The notes: generated from the letters alone by a model not told the origin. A DNA stretch of 32,000 nucleotides from Pseudoalteromonas tetraodonis (GCF_002310835.1 NZ_CP011042.1:180001-212000); one strand, 5' to 3'; counted from the first letter of the stretch, positions 8,929-18,338 are shown. A program made the numbers and translations.

Positions 8929-10884
8929 ATGGTTAATAAACTGCAAGGCAATTATGCTAACCTAAATGCGTTGCTTGCCCAATCAGTCAATAATTCAAAC
9001 CACAGCAATGTGCCCACAGGTTTACAATCGAGAGCTCACTTAGCGCCAAGCACGGCAACAATCACTGATGAAATGCTCAGTCAGTTTAGTGACGAACAAG
9101 TCGATGAAATACTTAATCAGCAATTATCCTCTTTACTCACGATTTCCAGCACACCCAGTGGCTCAAATTATAAGCTCTCTAGTGAAGAGGTTGCACTACG
9201 TACGGTGATAAGTTCTCAGCAAGAGGGCCTATTAAAAAATGAACGTAGTGATCAGTTAATTGAGCGTTTAAACAGCTCGGTAAAAAATATTCAAGGCGCT
9301 TATGCTAACACTAGCGATATTTTATCAAACTTGGGGCAGCTTGGGTTCAATCAAAAAACGTTTTTAGCGTCTAGTCAGCAGCGTGTTGAACGCTCGCTAG
9401 ACCCCTTTATGGAAAGTTTTAACCGCGAGCGATATGAAGATGATGATAACTATGGGTTTGAGCTTTCGGTAAAAACCAAAGAAGGTGATGTTATTAAAAT
9501 CACTCTTCATTCTGCGCAAGGTTATGATGAGGAAACAGGCGAAACCACTGACGAATTTAGCGTAAGTTATGAAGTAGATGGCGACTTATCTGAGGCTGAA
9601 CACCAAGCATTAACGCAAGTACTTTCTGGTGTTGGTGAAATGGCGGATGAATTTTTTAAGGCTAAACAAAGCGCTTACAGTCGTTACGTACCCGCAAACC
9701 AAGCTGATTTAGATTTAAGCTTTCTAAGCAATTTTGATAACAAAGAACTTTCGGGTTTTGATTTGTATTTTTCAACGTCAGAGGGAAATACTGCCGATGC
9801 TGATGGAGCGCTACTTGGAAAAGACAATGAGCTTAATTTAAGCTATACCCTTGATGAGGATTCTGAGCAGCAAATACTAGAGTTTGAATCGGTAAATGGA
9901 CAGAACAACATTGATTTTTCGCTTGATATGTCAACCATTGGCGCTCAAGACAAAAGCCAAATGCAGCAATACATAAAAGCGCTCGATAAGAGTTTAGAAG
10001 ATAGCCAGCTCAATAGCTCAGAGAAAAGTACGCGTTCGGCGTTTGGCCAAAAAAGTGATGAAGTAATGAAACAAGGGTTGGCTGTATTTAAAAGTGCGTT
10101 TAGTAGTATGTCATCAGCCGCTGAGCGCTACAGTGAAATTGAGTCAGTTGCTACAAAGCAGTTTACTAATGGACGCGAGCTTGTCGCTAATTTAGTTGAC
10201 AATATGATCACCCGTGATCCACGTTATCAAGGGCTAGGAAGCAGTAATAAAAATTCCTTAGGTGATGGTATATCTAAGTTAGCTGATTTTGATGCGAAAT
10301 TTTCTTTTGCAATGGATCAAGGTGATTACATAGCAACAAGCACCACAAAGCTGAGTCAAAATACAGAACACCAAAAATCAGCAGGGTTAACTGGAGTTAC
10401 TCAAGATAAAGCGGCGAGCACGCGTTTTAATTATGAAGAAGGTAACCGCTCTGACATCCCTCCTGATTATTATGACAAACAAGAAAATTACACTATTGGT
10501 ACCGCTGTAAAAAATAACGAATTGGTTGCCCTTGATCAGGCTCATGAGGTGGATGTAGATAAAAAAGTGTATCAGTTTAATCCCGAAATATCTCAATACG
10601 AGCTAAAAAAGGAATTAAAAGAAACAACCACCAGTGAGAGCAATATTCGTGTTATTAACGATATTTGGCTCGAGAAAAATGAAGATAGTCATCGTATGGA
10701 TGAAAGAAAACGACTCAGTGGTGTGGGGGCGTCGAACGAGTTTAGAACAACATCGAGTTATTCACATACGCAATTAGTAACGTTAATCGGTGACTTAGAT
10801 AAATTAGAACAAAACAAAGAAGTCAAACGTGAGTACTTAGCCGTTTTATCACAAGTGGATGATTTTATGGATAAAAGCATGTAA
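8929..10884 (+). CDS. Hypothetical acidic Ser/Asn/Asp/Glu-rich protein, no recognisable domain
   Basis: Uninterrupted 651-aa ORF with an AAGGA SD 5 nt upstream of the ATG. I see no obvious signal peptide, TM segment or catalytic motif by eye. Confidence 0.7.
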   Translation: MVNKLQGNYANLNALLAQSVNNSNHSNVPTGLQSRAHLAPSTATITDEMLSQFSDEQVDEILNQQLSSLLTISSTPSGSNYKLSSEEVALRTVISSQQEGLLKNERSDQLIERLNSSVKNIQGAYANTSDILSNLGQLGFNQKTFLASSQQRVERSLDPFMESFNRERYEDDDNYGFELSVKTKEGDVIKITLHSAQGYDEETGETTDEFSVSYEVDGDLSEAEHQALTQVLSGVGEMADEFFKAKQSAYSRYVPANQADLDLSFLSNFDNKELSGFDLYFSTSEGNTADADGALLGKDNELNLSYTLDEDSEQQILEFESVNGQNNIDFSLDMSTIGAQDKSQMQQYIKALDKSLEDSQLNSSEKSTRSAFGQKSDEVMKQGLAVFKSAFSSMSSAAERYSEIESVATKQFTNGRELVANLVDNMITRDPRYQGLGSSNKNSLGDGISKLADFDAKFSFAMDQGDYIATSTTKLSQNTEHQKSAGLTGVTQDKAASTRFNYEEGNRSDIPPDYYDKQENYTIGTAVKNNELVALDQAHEVDVDKKVYQFNPEISQYELKKELKETTTSESNIRVINDIWLEKNEDSHRMDERKRLSGVGASNEFRTTSSYSHTQLVTLIGDLDKLEQNKEVKREYLAVLSQVDDFMDKSM

Positions 10885-10946
10885 ATTTTATTTACTTAAG
10901 CTCGATTGTGGGTATAGTAACTAAAACACTATTTAAGTATAAGATT

Positions 10947-11405
10947 ATGTTTAAACAATTAATTTTTCTTTTAATGTTGAGTTTACCACTGGCAGTGAAT
11001 GCAACGCTCAAACCACACTCGGACGCTATTTCTGCTAAGCGTTTATTAAGCGAGCACGATAAATTTGCTAAACAATACCAAGCATTTCCGCCCACACCGC
11101 AAGACATTGCATTGATGCAAAAACTAGCAGGTAAAGAGGTATTAGTGCTTTTAGGTACGTGGTGTCATGACAGTGCCCGTGAAGTACCTCGATTAATAAA
11201 GTTACTCGATGAATCGAAGGTCAAACTCTCGAAAATAACTTTTGTTACAGTCGGTTATGACAAACGTGATGAAGCAGGTATTGCCCTAGCGCATGACTTA
11301 CAATATACCCCCACTTTTATTGTTAAGCATAACGGGGTTGAAGTTAACCGCGTAGTAGAAAAAACCAGCGACACTCTCGCCCAAGATTTAACCTTAGGCT
11401 TATAA
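10947..11405 (+). CDS. Thioredoxin-fold family protein with signal peptide (WCxxS motif)
   Basis: The ORF track starts at GTG 10908. The internal ATG at 10947 gives a classic signal peptide (MFKQLIFLLMLSLPLAVNA). It has a thioredoxin-like LVLLGTWCHDSAREVP motif with a single active-site Cys. Confidence 0.75.
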   Translation: MFKQLIFLLMLSLPLAVNATLKPHSDAISAKRLLSEHDKFAKQYQAFPPTPQDIALMQKLAGKEVLVLLGTWCHDSAREVPRLIKLLDESKVKLSKITFVTVGYDKRDEAGIALAHDLQYTPTFIVKHNGVEVNRVVEKTSDTLAQDLTLGL

Positions 11406-11445
11406 CGAGAGTCAGCTAGCCAATATCATGTTCGAGGTTTTATTT

Positions 11446-12756
11446 TTACACTGGCCAATCAGCGGCGTCTAAGTCATCTAATTGTGCATCGCAATGCTCA
11501 TTTCCTTGCCACTTGGTAATATATTCACCGTGCGGATCGTATTGCTGAGTTTGTTTTTGCAAATTAAAGTGACGTCCGCCGCGCGGATCGACACCAACTC
11601 CAGCAATATATTGCCAATTACCCCAATTCGACGCCACATCGTAATCGATTAACTGTTGCTCAAAGTAAGCCGCACCATAGCGCCAGTCTAGTTGTAGTTC
11701 GTTCACTAAACAGCTAGCAACGATTTGTCTTGAGCGGTTGCTAATAAAGCCTGTTGCGTTTAGCTCTTTCATAATGGCATTAACTAACGGGTAAGGTGTA
11801 CTGCCTTGGCACCATTTAGCAAAACGATTCGGGCTAAACGTGGTAAGTGGCGAGCTTTGTTTCTTACCTTTAAAGGTAAATAACTGATGCTTAACATTAA
11901 TTGCATGCCACTTAAAATACTCACGCCAGAGCAATTCAAACTTGATCCAGTAAGTTGACTCGTTTGCTCCATGGCGCGCTTCATAAGCATCTACGGCACA
12001 AAAAATTTGCTTGGCACTAATACAGCCAAAAGCCAGCCAACTACTAAATTTTGTTGAGTTATCAAAGCCATCTAGCTCATTGCGAGTGATTTTATAGCTA
12101 CTCGGTAGTGGGGATGAAAAATAGTTGAGGCAGTGCTCAAGCGCAGCCTGATGCCCACCAAGTAATTGTGTATTCCCTGTTGCTGGCTTTTCTATCGGTT
12201 GTTTTGCGCAAAGTATAATAGGTGGAGGCAATCTTGCTGCTGAAAATGTATGTGTGGCTAAACTAATTTCTGCCGCTTCGATCTTTTTTCTAAAAGGTGT
12301 AAAGCCGGTTGGTAAATTAGCTAGTTCAAAGGGCAGTTGCTGTTGTTGATATAAAGTATCTTGCATCACAGATTTAAATACCAAAGTCGTGCATTTTGAC
12401 TTAAGAGCACTAATTTGGCGTTGCTCATATACACCTATTTGCTGGCTATATACAACTTCGTTAATGCTAAGCTCATTAATACGCTGTGTTAATACCTCAA
12501 CTGGATCGCCTTCAATAATATGTAAAGTTTGGCCAAGCTCTAAAACAGACTCCTGTAGCTCATATAGGCTTTGCATTAAAAAGCGTTGTTTGTGGACACC
12601 ATAGGGTTTTTGTTGGTAGTTATTGCTTTTAAACCAAGCAGGGTTAATCACAAAGACCAAGTCCAACTCACATTGTTGTTGTGATAAATCATTGAGTATG
12701 GGGTTGTCGTCAATGCGCAAGTCATTTTGCAGCCAATACAGAATACTTTTTTTCAT
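11446..12756 (-). CDS. DASH-family cryptochrome / photolyase-related flavoprotein
   Basis: Photolyase N-terminus (ILYWLQNDLRIDDNPIL) and an FAD-binding C-terminal domain (TGFISNRSRQIVASCL, DYDVASNWGNWQYIAGVG, DPHGEYITKW). I chose the start at M24 of the track ORF (ATG 12754-12756) because homologues begin just before the YWL motif. The track start at 12825 remains possible. Confidence 0.88.
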   Translation of the reverse strand: MKKSILYWLQNDLRIDDNPILNDLSQQQCELDLVFVINPAWFKSNNYQQKPYGVHKQRFLMQSLYELQESVLELGQTLHIIEGDPVEVLTQRINELSINEVVYSQQIGVYEQRQISALKSKCTTLVFKSVMQDTLYQQQQLPFELANLPTGFTPFRKKIEAAEISLATHTFSAARLPPPIILCAKQPIEKPATGNTQLLGGHQAALEHCLNYFSSPLPSSYKITRNELDGFDNSTKFSSWLAFGCISAKQIFCAVDAYEARHGANESTYWIKFELLWREYFKWHAINVKHQLFTFKGKKQSSPLTTFSPNRFAKWCQGSTPYPLVNAIMKELNATGFISNRSRQIVASCLVNELQLDWRYGAAYFEQQLIDYDVASNWGNWQYIAGVGVDPRGGRHFNLQKQTQQYDPHGEYITKWQGNEHCDAQLDDLDAADWPV

Positions 12757-12841
12757 ACTTATGCTCTGGTTTTTAAAATCATTTATTTTACGAAGCAAAA
12801 ACGGGTAGGGATTAGTTAGCTGCAAGTTTTAGTAATTAAAG

Positions 12842-12866
12842 GGTGAGCAAGTAATACTTACTCACC
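12842..12866 (-). terminator. Hairpin downstream of the 111-aa membrane-protein gene (possible weak terminator)
   Basis: GGTGAG...CTCACC outer stem plus an AAGT/ACTT inner stem with one mismatch. On the minus strand it is followed by a CTTTAATTAC tail, which is only moderately T-rich. Confidence 0.3.
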
Positions 12867-12879
12867 TGCTTAGGTTTTA

Positions 12880-13215
12880 TTAAGCTTGTTTGTTCGTGTT
12901 AGTTAGGTTTATAGATACATAAGCAATTAAATACACAAATACGCTAAGCGGTAAACTACAAATAAATAAAGCAATTTTGTACTTTTTAGCAATAGATGGT
13001 TTAGGCAGTATTACTGCAAAAAGCATATTCATTGCTAACCAAAAAATAGTAACTAGTGGTGATAGCGTTGTTTTAGAGCTTGATAAATCACAAGTGCCGA
13101 ATGAAATACTAGCAATAGATGCGCTACCTATTTCTATACATTGAGCGTTACCTATTAGGCTGATAGTAACTAATGTTGTAATAAATAATAGTGTTAGCGG
13201 GAGTAAATGTTTCAT
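12880..13215 (-). CDS. Small membrane protein with signal-like N-terminus; paralogue of the N-terminal module of the adjacent wHTH protein
   Basis: 111-aa ORF with an AAGGA SD 8 nt upstream. It has three hydrophobic segments. It aligns by eye with residues ~5-105 of ORF 13372-14091 (for example FGTC...LSPLVTIFWLAMNMLF...KP.I...K..LF.C.LPLS). Confidence 0.65.
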   Translation of the reverse strand: MKHLLPLTLLFITTLVTISLIGNAQCIEIGSASIASISFGTCDLSSSKTTLSPLVTIFWLAMNMLFAVILPKPSIAKKYKIALFICSLPLSVFVYLIAYVSINLTNTNKQA

Positions 13216-13371
13216 ATTTTTTTTCCTTAATTATTTAATTTTATGGGTCGCTCTACAGCGCCTAAATAAATTAAAACGTTTGGCAAAAAATAACGATAAC
13301 AAAGCCGTTAACTAGTTATTATAAAGTTATAACCATGGTATTACCTTGGTTATAACTTTTATAAATTATTA

Positions 13372-14079
13372 TTATTCAATTGGTTGTGTTTTTATTTCAG
13401 CTATTAGCTGATACCCTCGTTTCATTACAGACTTTATGTATTTAGGATTTTTTGTGTCGTTATCATTGAGGGCTACACGTAGTTTGCTAATAACTCGCCT
13501 AACTGCGGTGTCGGTTACTATTTGATTCTCCCATACATTATTATGTAACTCTTCAAGACTAACTATTCTTGGTTGTTGTTCAACTAAATAGCTTAGTACC
13601 TGCATGCATTTAGGCTCTAATGTGAAGTGACTATCTTCTTTAATTAAAGTTTGCTGCATGCTGTCAAAAGTGTACTCACCAATTATTATCAAATTAACGC
13701 TCGACTTTTCATTAATTGGTTCTGTGCAATCATAGTTAGGTTGGGGTTTATTTGCTGTCGTATTTGAATGCTTTTTATAAATGCGAGATACCATTATTCC
13801 AGTTAAATTCATTAAAAGTACTAACGGGCTTAGTGGGAGCGCACAAAGAAAAAGTAAATATTTAAAACCCACGTGTATATTTGGTTTATTAAGAGTCTGT
13901 CCGAATAACACGTTTAAAAGCATCCATATAATAAAATAAGGCGTAAGGAGAATTGAATCAGTTTGATCCCCACAAGCGCCATAACTTACGCCCTCTATAT
14001 AGTTTGATAAATCCAAACAAAAAGCATTTGCTTGGCCGCTAAATAAAATGAGCGATATAAAAATAAGTAGGTGTTTCAT
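13372..14079 (-). CDS. Membrane-anchored transcriptional regulator: N-terminal 3-segment membrane module plus C-terminal OmpR/PhoB(ToxR/CadC)-type winged-helix DNA-binding domain
   Basis: The C-terminal ~100 aa (LEPKCMQVLSYLVEQQPRIVSLEELHNNVWENQIVTDTAVRRVISKLRVALND...IKSVMKRGYQL) match the trans_reg_C pattern. The N-terminal part is hydrophobic. I chose the ATG at 14077-14079 (MKHLL...) by analogy with the paralogue's MKHLL start. The track start at 14091 (MDFLMKHLL) is possible. Confidence 0.75.
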   Translation of the reverse strand: MKHLLIFISLILFSGQANAFCLDLSNYIEGVSYGACGDQTDSILLTPYFIIWMLLNVLFGQTLNKPNIHVGFKYLLFLCALPLSPLVLLMNLTGIMVSRIYKKHSNTTANKPQPNYDCTEPINEKSSVNLIIIGEYTFDSMQQTLIKEDSHFTLEPKCMQVLSYLVEQQPRIVSLEELHNNVWENQIVTDTAVRRVISKLRVALNDNDTKNPKYIKSVMKRGYQLIAEIKTQPIE

Positions 14080-14126
14080 TAAAAAGTCCATTTGGTAAGA
14101 GGCGGCAAATAGTACCGCCCCTAGCT

Positions 14127-15845
14127 TTATTTTTGCTGTGCTATCCAGTCGTTAATTACATCTTCAAGTACCGCCATAGGAAGTGAACCTTGACCAATAA
14201 CGGTGTCGTGAAAGCTGCGTATATCAAATTTAGCGCCTAGCTGTTTTTCGGCTTTTGCACGCAGTTCGCGTATTTTAATTTCGCCCATTTTGTATGAAAG
14301 CGCTTGGCCTGGCCATGAAATATAGCGGTCTATTTGATCTTCCACGGCGCTTTGTGGCAAGGCGGTATGATCAGCCAAATAATCAATCGCCTTTTGGCGG
14401 CTCCAGGCAAAGGCATGAATGCCGGTATCAACCACTAAGCGCACAGCGCGCCACATTTCGTAGCCTAAACGGCCAAAGTCACTGTATGGGCTTTGGTAAA
14501 AGCCCGCTTCTTTACCTAAACGCTCTGTATAAAGTGCCCAGCCTTCGCCAAAAGCAGAGTGACTAAGTGTGCGTCTAAATTCAGGAACGTCTAATTCCAT
14601 TGCAATGGCGTTTTGTAAATGATGCCCAGGTATGGCTTCGTGCAGACTAAGTGCTTCTAAATTATATAAAGGCTGTAGCTTTGGAGTTGAGGCTAAAAAG
14701 TAAGTCCCCGGTGAGCGGTTATCAGCAGGTGGCATATAAAACGCACCGCGACTCGCTGAGCCTTTTATAGTAAAGGTGTTACGCGGCAAATGGCCAAAGT
14801 AAGTGGGGAGTTTGCCATACATTTTTTGGGTTATAAAAGCGGTCTTTTCGAGCAAGTCTTGGGGATCGGTTGCGTAAAATTGCTCATCGGTTGCCAAAAA
14901 TTCTAAAAACTCGCTATAGCTGCCATCAAAGCTAACTTCATCAATAATACTTTGCATTTGCGCTTTGATGCGTGCCACTTCTTTAAGGCCAAGCTCATGG
15001 ATTTGCTTGGGGGTCGCATTTGTTGTGGTGTAATAATTTACTGTATATTTGTAATAATCAAGGCCCCCTTTGATGCTTGCAATACCGGGCTGCGCTCTAC
15101 AATGTGGCATATACTCGTTTTCAAAAAAGTCGTAAAAGTGCTCGTAAGCAGGCACGACTTTTGAGGCAATTAACGCTTTAGCTTTATTTTGGTAAGTTTC
15201 TTTTTGCGCTGCAGTAAATGTATTAGGGATGCGAGTAAATGGCTCATATAAGGCGCTATTCTCAGGTTGTTTAACTATATGGGCGCTAATACTTTGGCCA
15301 TAATTTTTAAACGTTTCGCAGTAGTGGGTAAAACCAGTTTGAATGCCTTGCTTCAGTAAATTAATGTTTTGCTGATTAAAGCGCGGGTAATCACCAAGGC
15401 TCACTAAAAAGGCATCGTAATCCTCGGCGGTTAAAAAGGCCATGTTAGCCGGCGCTTCTGCAAAGTAAGTATGCCAGCCACTTAAAAAATTAACCGGAAA
15501 GTATTTATCTTGGTAAAGGTAGCTTTGCTGCTCGGTTTCTCGCTCATATTTAAACAAGCGGTAGTTCATTAACTGCTCGCTATTGAGCGTTTTAGGATCA
15601 ATGCTGGCTAAGTTTTTTAGTACGCTGTTGTTGTAAGCTTGGCGCTTCGCAATGGCTTGCTCGCTCCAATCGGGTAGGGGGCCGTTGGGCTTCCAACCAT
15701 CAGGATCAGTTCTAAAAAATATTTTCTCAGCTTTGGCGTTTTGCCAGTGGTTATCAATAATGGTTTTTAAATCGCTGTTACTGTCGGCTAAGCTTGGCAG
15801 CGAGGTGGCTGCTAAGGCAATAGCTAAAATTGTTTTTTTTAGCAT
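14127..15845 (-). CDS. DUF885-family exported protein (gluzincin-like HExxH motif)
   Basis: The signal peptide MLKKTILAIALAATSLPSLA follows the ATG at 15845 (the track start at 15857 is a GTG). It has the HEAIPGHHLQ motif and the family-typical length of ~570 aa. Confidence 0.85.
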   Translation of the reverse strand: MLKKTILAIALAATSLPSLADSNSDLKTIIDNHWQNAKAEKIFFRTDPDGWKPNGPLPDWSEQAIAKRQAYNNSVLKNLASIDPKTLNSEQLMNYRLFKYERETEQQSYLYQDKYFPVNFLSGWHTYFAEAPANMAFLTAEDYDAFLVSLGDYPRFNQQNINLLKQGIQTGFTHYCETFKNYGQSISAHIVKQPENSALYEPFTRIPNTFTAAQKETYQNKAKALIASKVVPAYEHFYDFFENEYMPHCRAQPGIASIKGGLDYYKYTVNYYTTTNATPKQIHELGLKEVARIKAQMQSIIDEVSFDGSYSEFLEFLATDEQFYATDPQDLLEKTAFITQKMYGKLPTYFGHLPRNTFTIKGSASRGAFYMPPADNRSPGTYFLASTPKLQPLYNLEALSLHEAIPGHHLQNAIAMELDVPEFRRTLSHSAFGEGWALYTERLGKEAGFYQSPYSDFGRLGYEMWRAVRLVVDTGIHAFAWSRQKAIDYLADHTALPQSAVEDQIDRYISWPGQALSYKMGEIKIRELRAKAEKQLGAKFDIRSFHDTVIGQGSLPMAVLEDVINDWIAQQK

Positions 15846-16260
15846 GTTGAATTTCACTTTTTAAAATTTTAATTATTATTTATGCGCGCTGATTTTATGA
15901 TAATAACAAGTTCACTCAATTAATGCGTTGGTTTTTAACAGCAGTCTAGCTTATTGTTTTACTGGTGTTTAAAATAAAACATATTGGGGTGGCGATATTT
16001 AATAACGTATTTTGCTAACCGATAAGGCGAATAGCCAACACCCAAATATTTATTGAGCATTTCATGCTTAGCTTTGCAGGTTCGAAATCCGATTATGATG
16101 AAGAAAAATGGATTGGGATTACTCGCTGTACTTGGAAAAAAATGTCAGATAATGCACATGAGTTTGTATTGGCAGGTCACACACCATTAATTGGCCTGAT
16201 ACACAAAGCGTTAGAATAACTATTTAACTTTAGGTATGAAAATAAAAAGGATTTTTGAAA

Positions 16261-16767
16261 ATGTTGTGCCCTCGAACAAAGACACCATTGGAGCCTATAT
16301 TAGTTGGCGGTATCACTGTTTATACATCGTCGTTAGGCGGCGTTTTTTTCGATAACAGCCAAATTTTTAAATTTAGCTCGCCAGAGTTAAAACATGGTCA
16401 GGTTTTACTTAAGTATTTGAGTAATTATGCCGAAGGTGAGGGTGAAGTCGCAATGCGAGTAAATTGCCCTAAATGCCCAAGCATAGTGATGATGCGTAGG
16501 TATTTTTCACCGCTAAAAGCAGTTGAAATAGATGAATGCCCAAGCTGTGCAGGAATATGGCTTGATAGTGGCGAATTAAGCAAAATACACGAAAACCATT
16601 TAACACCCAAAGAACGAAAACTGCTAGCCCATGAAATGGCCACCAATCATGGGTTTATAACTATTAAGCCGCCAAAATCGAAATATTATCCTAAAGCGCC
16701 TAAAAACGTTCAAGGCACTACAGTTGAACGGCTGGTGCAATTGGCATTACTTAATTTTGAATCATAA
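16261..16767 (+). CDS. Zinc-ribbon protein with zf-TFIIB-type repeats
   Basis: The second repeat has a full zinc ribbon (CPKC...CPSCAGIWLDSGEL). The first repeat (CPRTKTPL...GGVFFDNSQ) shows only a single Cys by eye and looks degenerate, so the two-repeat reading is tentative. An AAAGGA SD (16246-16251) lies 9 nt before the ATG at 16261, and the TTG at 16255 is too close to the SD. Confidence 0.75.
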   Translation: MLCPRTKTPLEPILVGGITVYTSSLGGVFFDNSQIFKFSSPELKHGQVLLKYLSNYAEGEGEVAMRVNCPKCPSIVMMRRYFSPLKAVEIDECPSCAGIWLDSGELSKIHENHLTPKERKLLAHEMATNHGFITIKPPKSKYYPKAPKNVQGTTVERLVQLALLNFES

Positions 16768-16799
16768 AAAACGGCGTCCTATAAAGTACGCCGTTTTTT
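16768..16799. terminator. Bidirectional rho-independent terminator between the convergent zinc-ribbon gene and der
   Basis: The GC-rich stem CGGCGT/ACGCCG (16772-16777 / 16788-16793) is flanked by an A-run (16766-16771) and a T-run (16794-16799). Confidence 0.8.
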
Positions 16800-16820
16800 C
16801 AATTGACTAAATTAAAGCCA

Positions 16821-18290
16821 TTACGATTTATTGCGGTTTTCTTTACTAAACGCGCGAATCTTACGTTTTTGCGACAGGGTTACTTTATTAGTACGCCCTG
16901 CAAATGGGTTATCGCCTTCTCTAAATTCAATTTTGATTGGCGTACCCATAATCTTAAGTGCTTTACGGTAGTAGTTCATTAGGTAGCGTTTGTAGCTATC
17001 AGGTAAATCATGAACTTGGTTACCATGAATGACGATACGCGGCGGATTATAACCCCCAGCATGCGCATATTTAAGCTTAACACGACGACCGCGAACAAGT
17101 GGCGGCTGGTGATCCGCTTGTGCCATGTCCATAATACGACGCAGCATAGCGGTGCTTATACGTTTAGTTGCCGACTCATACGCTTCGTCAACTGATTCAA
17201 ATAAATGACCAACACCCGTACCATGTAGCGCAGAGATAAAGTGCAAGCGGGCAAAATCAATAAAGCCCAAACGACGATCAAGCTCAGTTTTAATACGATC
17301 TTTAACGTAGTTATCTAGGCCATCCCACTTGTTCACGGCAATCACCAATGAGCGCCCTGAGTTAAGGGCAAAGCCTAATAAGCTTAAATCTTGATCTGAA
17401 ATACCATCGCGGGCATCAACCACTAATAGCACCACGTTACAATCTTCGATTGCTTGTAGTGTTTTAATGACTGAGAACTTCTCAACCACGTCACTTACTT
17501 TTTTGCGTTTACGCACACCGGCTGTATCGATAAGAATATATTCTTTATCATTACGGGTCATCGGAATATAGATAGAGTCGCGCGTTGTACCTGGCATATC
17601 GTATACAATAACGCGATCTTCACCCAGTATACGGTTAGTAAGGGTTGACTTACCAACGTTAGGACGACCAATAATAGCCAGCTTTACCGGCTTGTCGGCA
17701 AACGCTTGGTGATCTGTGTCATCTTCTTCACCTTCTTGATATAAGTCGATAAGTTCTTCATCGTCATCGGCTACATCTTCATCAAGTGCGGCAAGTTCAG
17801 CAATAACTGGCTGAAGTGTTTGTTCGAGCAGTAAAGTGATACCACGACCATGTGCAGCAGCGATATGATGAACTTCACCAAGTGAAAGTTGATAAAACTC
17901 AGCACAGTTCGAGTCAGCATCAATGCCGTCTGTTTTATTGGCTACCACAAAGCACTTTTTCTCTTGCTTACGTAAGTGATTAGCAATGGCTTGATCAGCG
18001 ACTGTCATACCCACACGGGCATCAACTAAAAATAAAACAATATCCGCTTCTTCAATGGCTAGTAATGACTGATCAGCCATTTCGGTTTCGATACCTTCTT
18101 CTGAGCCATCAATACCACCCGTATCTACCACGATAAATTCAAAGCCGTCGTAATTTGCTTGGCCATATTTTCTATCACGCGTTAAGCCAGGAAAATCGGC
18201 AACGAGTGCATCACGAGTACGTGTTAAACGGTTAAATAATGTGGATTTGCCCACATTGGGTCGCCCTACAAGAGCGATCACGGGAAGCAT
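16821..18290 (-). CDS. der: Ribosome-associated GTPase Der (EngA), two tandem GTPase domains plus KH-like domain
   Basis: There are two P-loops (GRPNVGKST at the N-terminus and again mid-protein), DTAG/DTGG and NKxD motifs, and a conserved C-terminal KH-like domain. Confidence 0.97.
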   Translation of the reverse strand: MLPVIALVGRPNVGKSTLFNRLTRTRDALVADFPGLTRDRKYGQANYDGFEFIVVDTGGIDGSEEGIETEMADQSLLAIEEADIVLFLVDARVGMTVADQAIANHLRKQEKKCFVVANKTDGIDADSNCAEFYQLSLGEVHHIAAAHGRGITLLLEQTLQPVIAELAALDEDVADDDEELIDLYQEGEEDDTDHQAFADKPVKLAIIGRPNVGKSTLTNRILGEDRVIVYDMPGTTRDSIYIPMTRNDKEYILIDTAGVRKRKKVSDVVEKFSVIKTLQAIEDCNVVLLVVDARDGISDQDLSLLGFALNSGRSLVIAVNKWDGLDNYVKDRIKTELDRRLGFIDFARLHFISALHGTGVGHLFESVDEAYESATKRISTAMLRRIMDMAQADHQPPLVRGRRVKLKYAHAGGYNPPRIVIHGNQVHDLPDSYKRYLMNYYRKALKIMGTPIKIEFREGDNPFAGRTNKVTLSQKRKIRAFSKENRNKS

Positions 18291-18315
18291 AAACTACCTC
18301 TTTAAAAAACAACAA

Positions 18316-18338
18316 AAGGCTTCGCAGTGCGAAGCCTT
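18316..18338 (-). terminator. Intrinsic terminator/attenuator-like hairpin between bamB and der
   Basis: AAGGCTTCGCA-N1-TGCGAAGCCTT forms a perfect 11-bp stem. On the minus strand it is followed by TTGTTGTTTTTT, about 25 nt upstream of the der ATG. Confidence 0.6.

Noticed and set aside
10892-11107. 71-aa minus-strand ORF, and the GTG-10908 N-terminal extension of the thioredoxin-like gene.
   Set aside because: The minus-strand ORF overlaps the well-supported plus-strand gene. The extension (MGIVTKTLFKYKI) would bury the obvious signal peptide that begins at ATG 10947.
16076-16094. GGTTCGAAATCC, which resembles a tRNA T-loop.
   Set aside because: The flanking bases do not form a T-stem, and no acceptor, D or anticodon arms can be drawn in the surrounding ~80 nt. 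It sits inside the short ORF reading frame (A-G-S-K-S-D).
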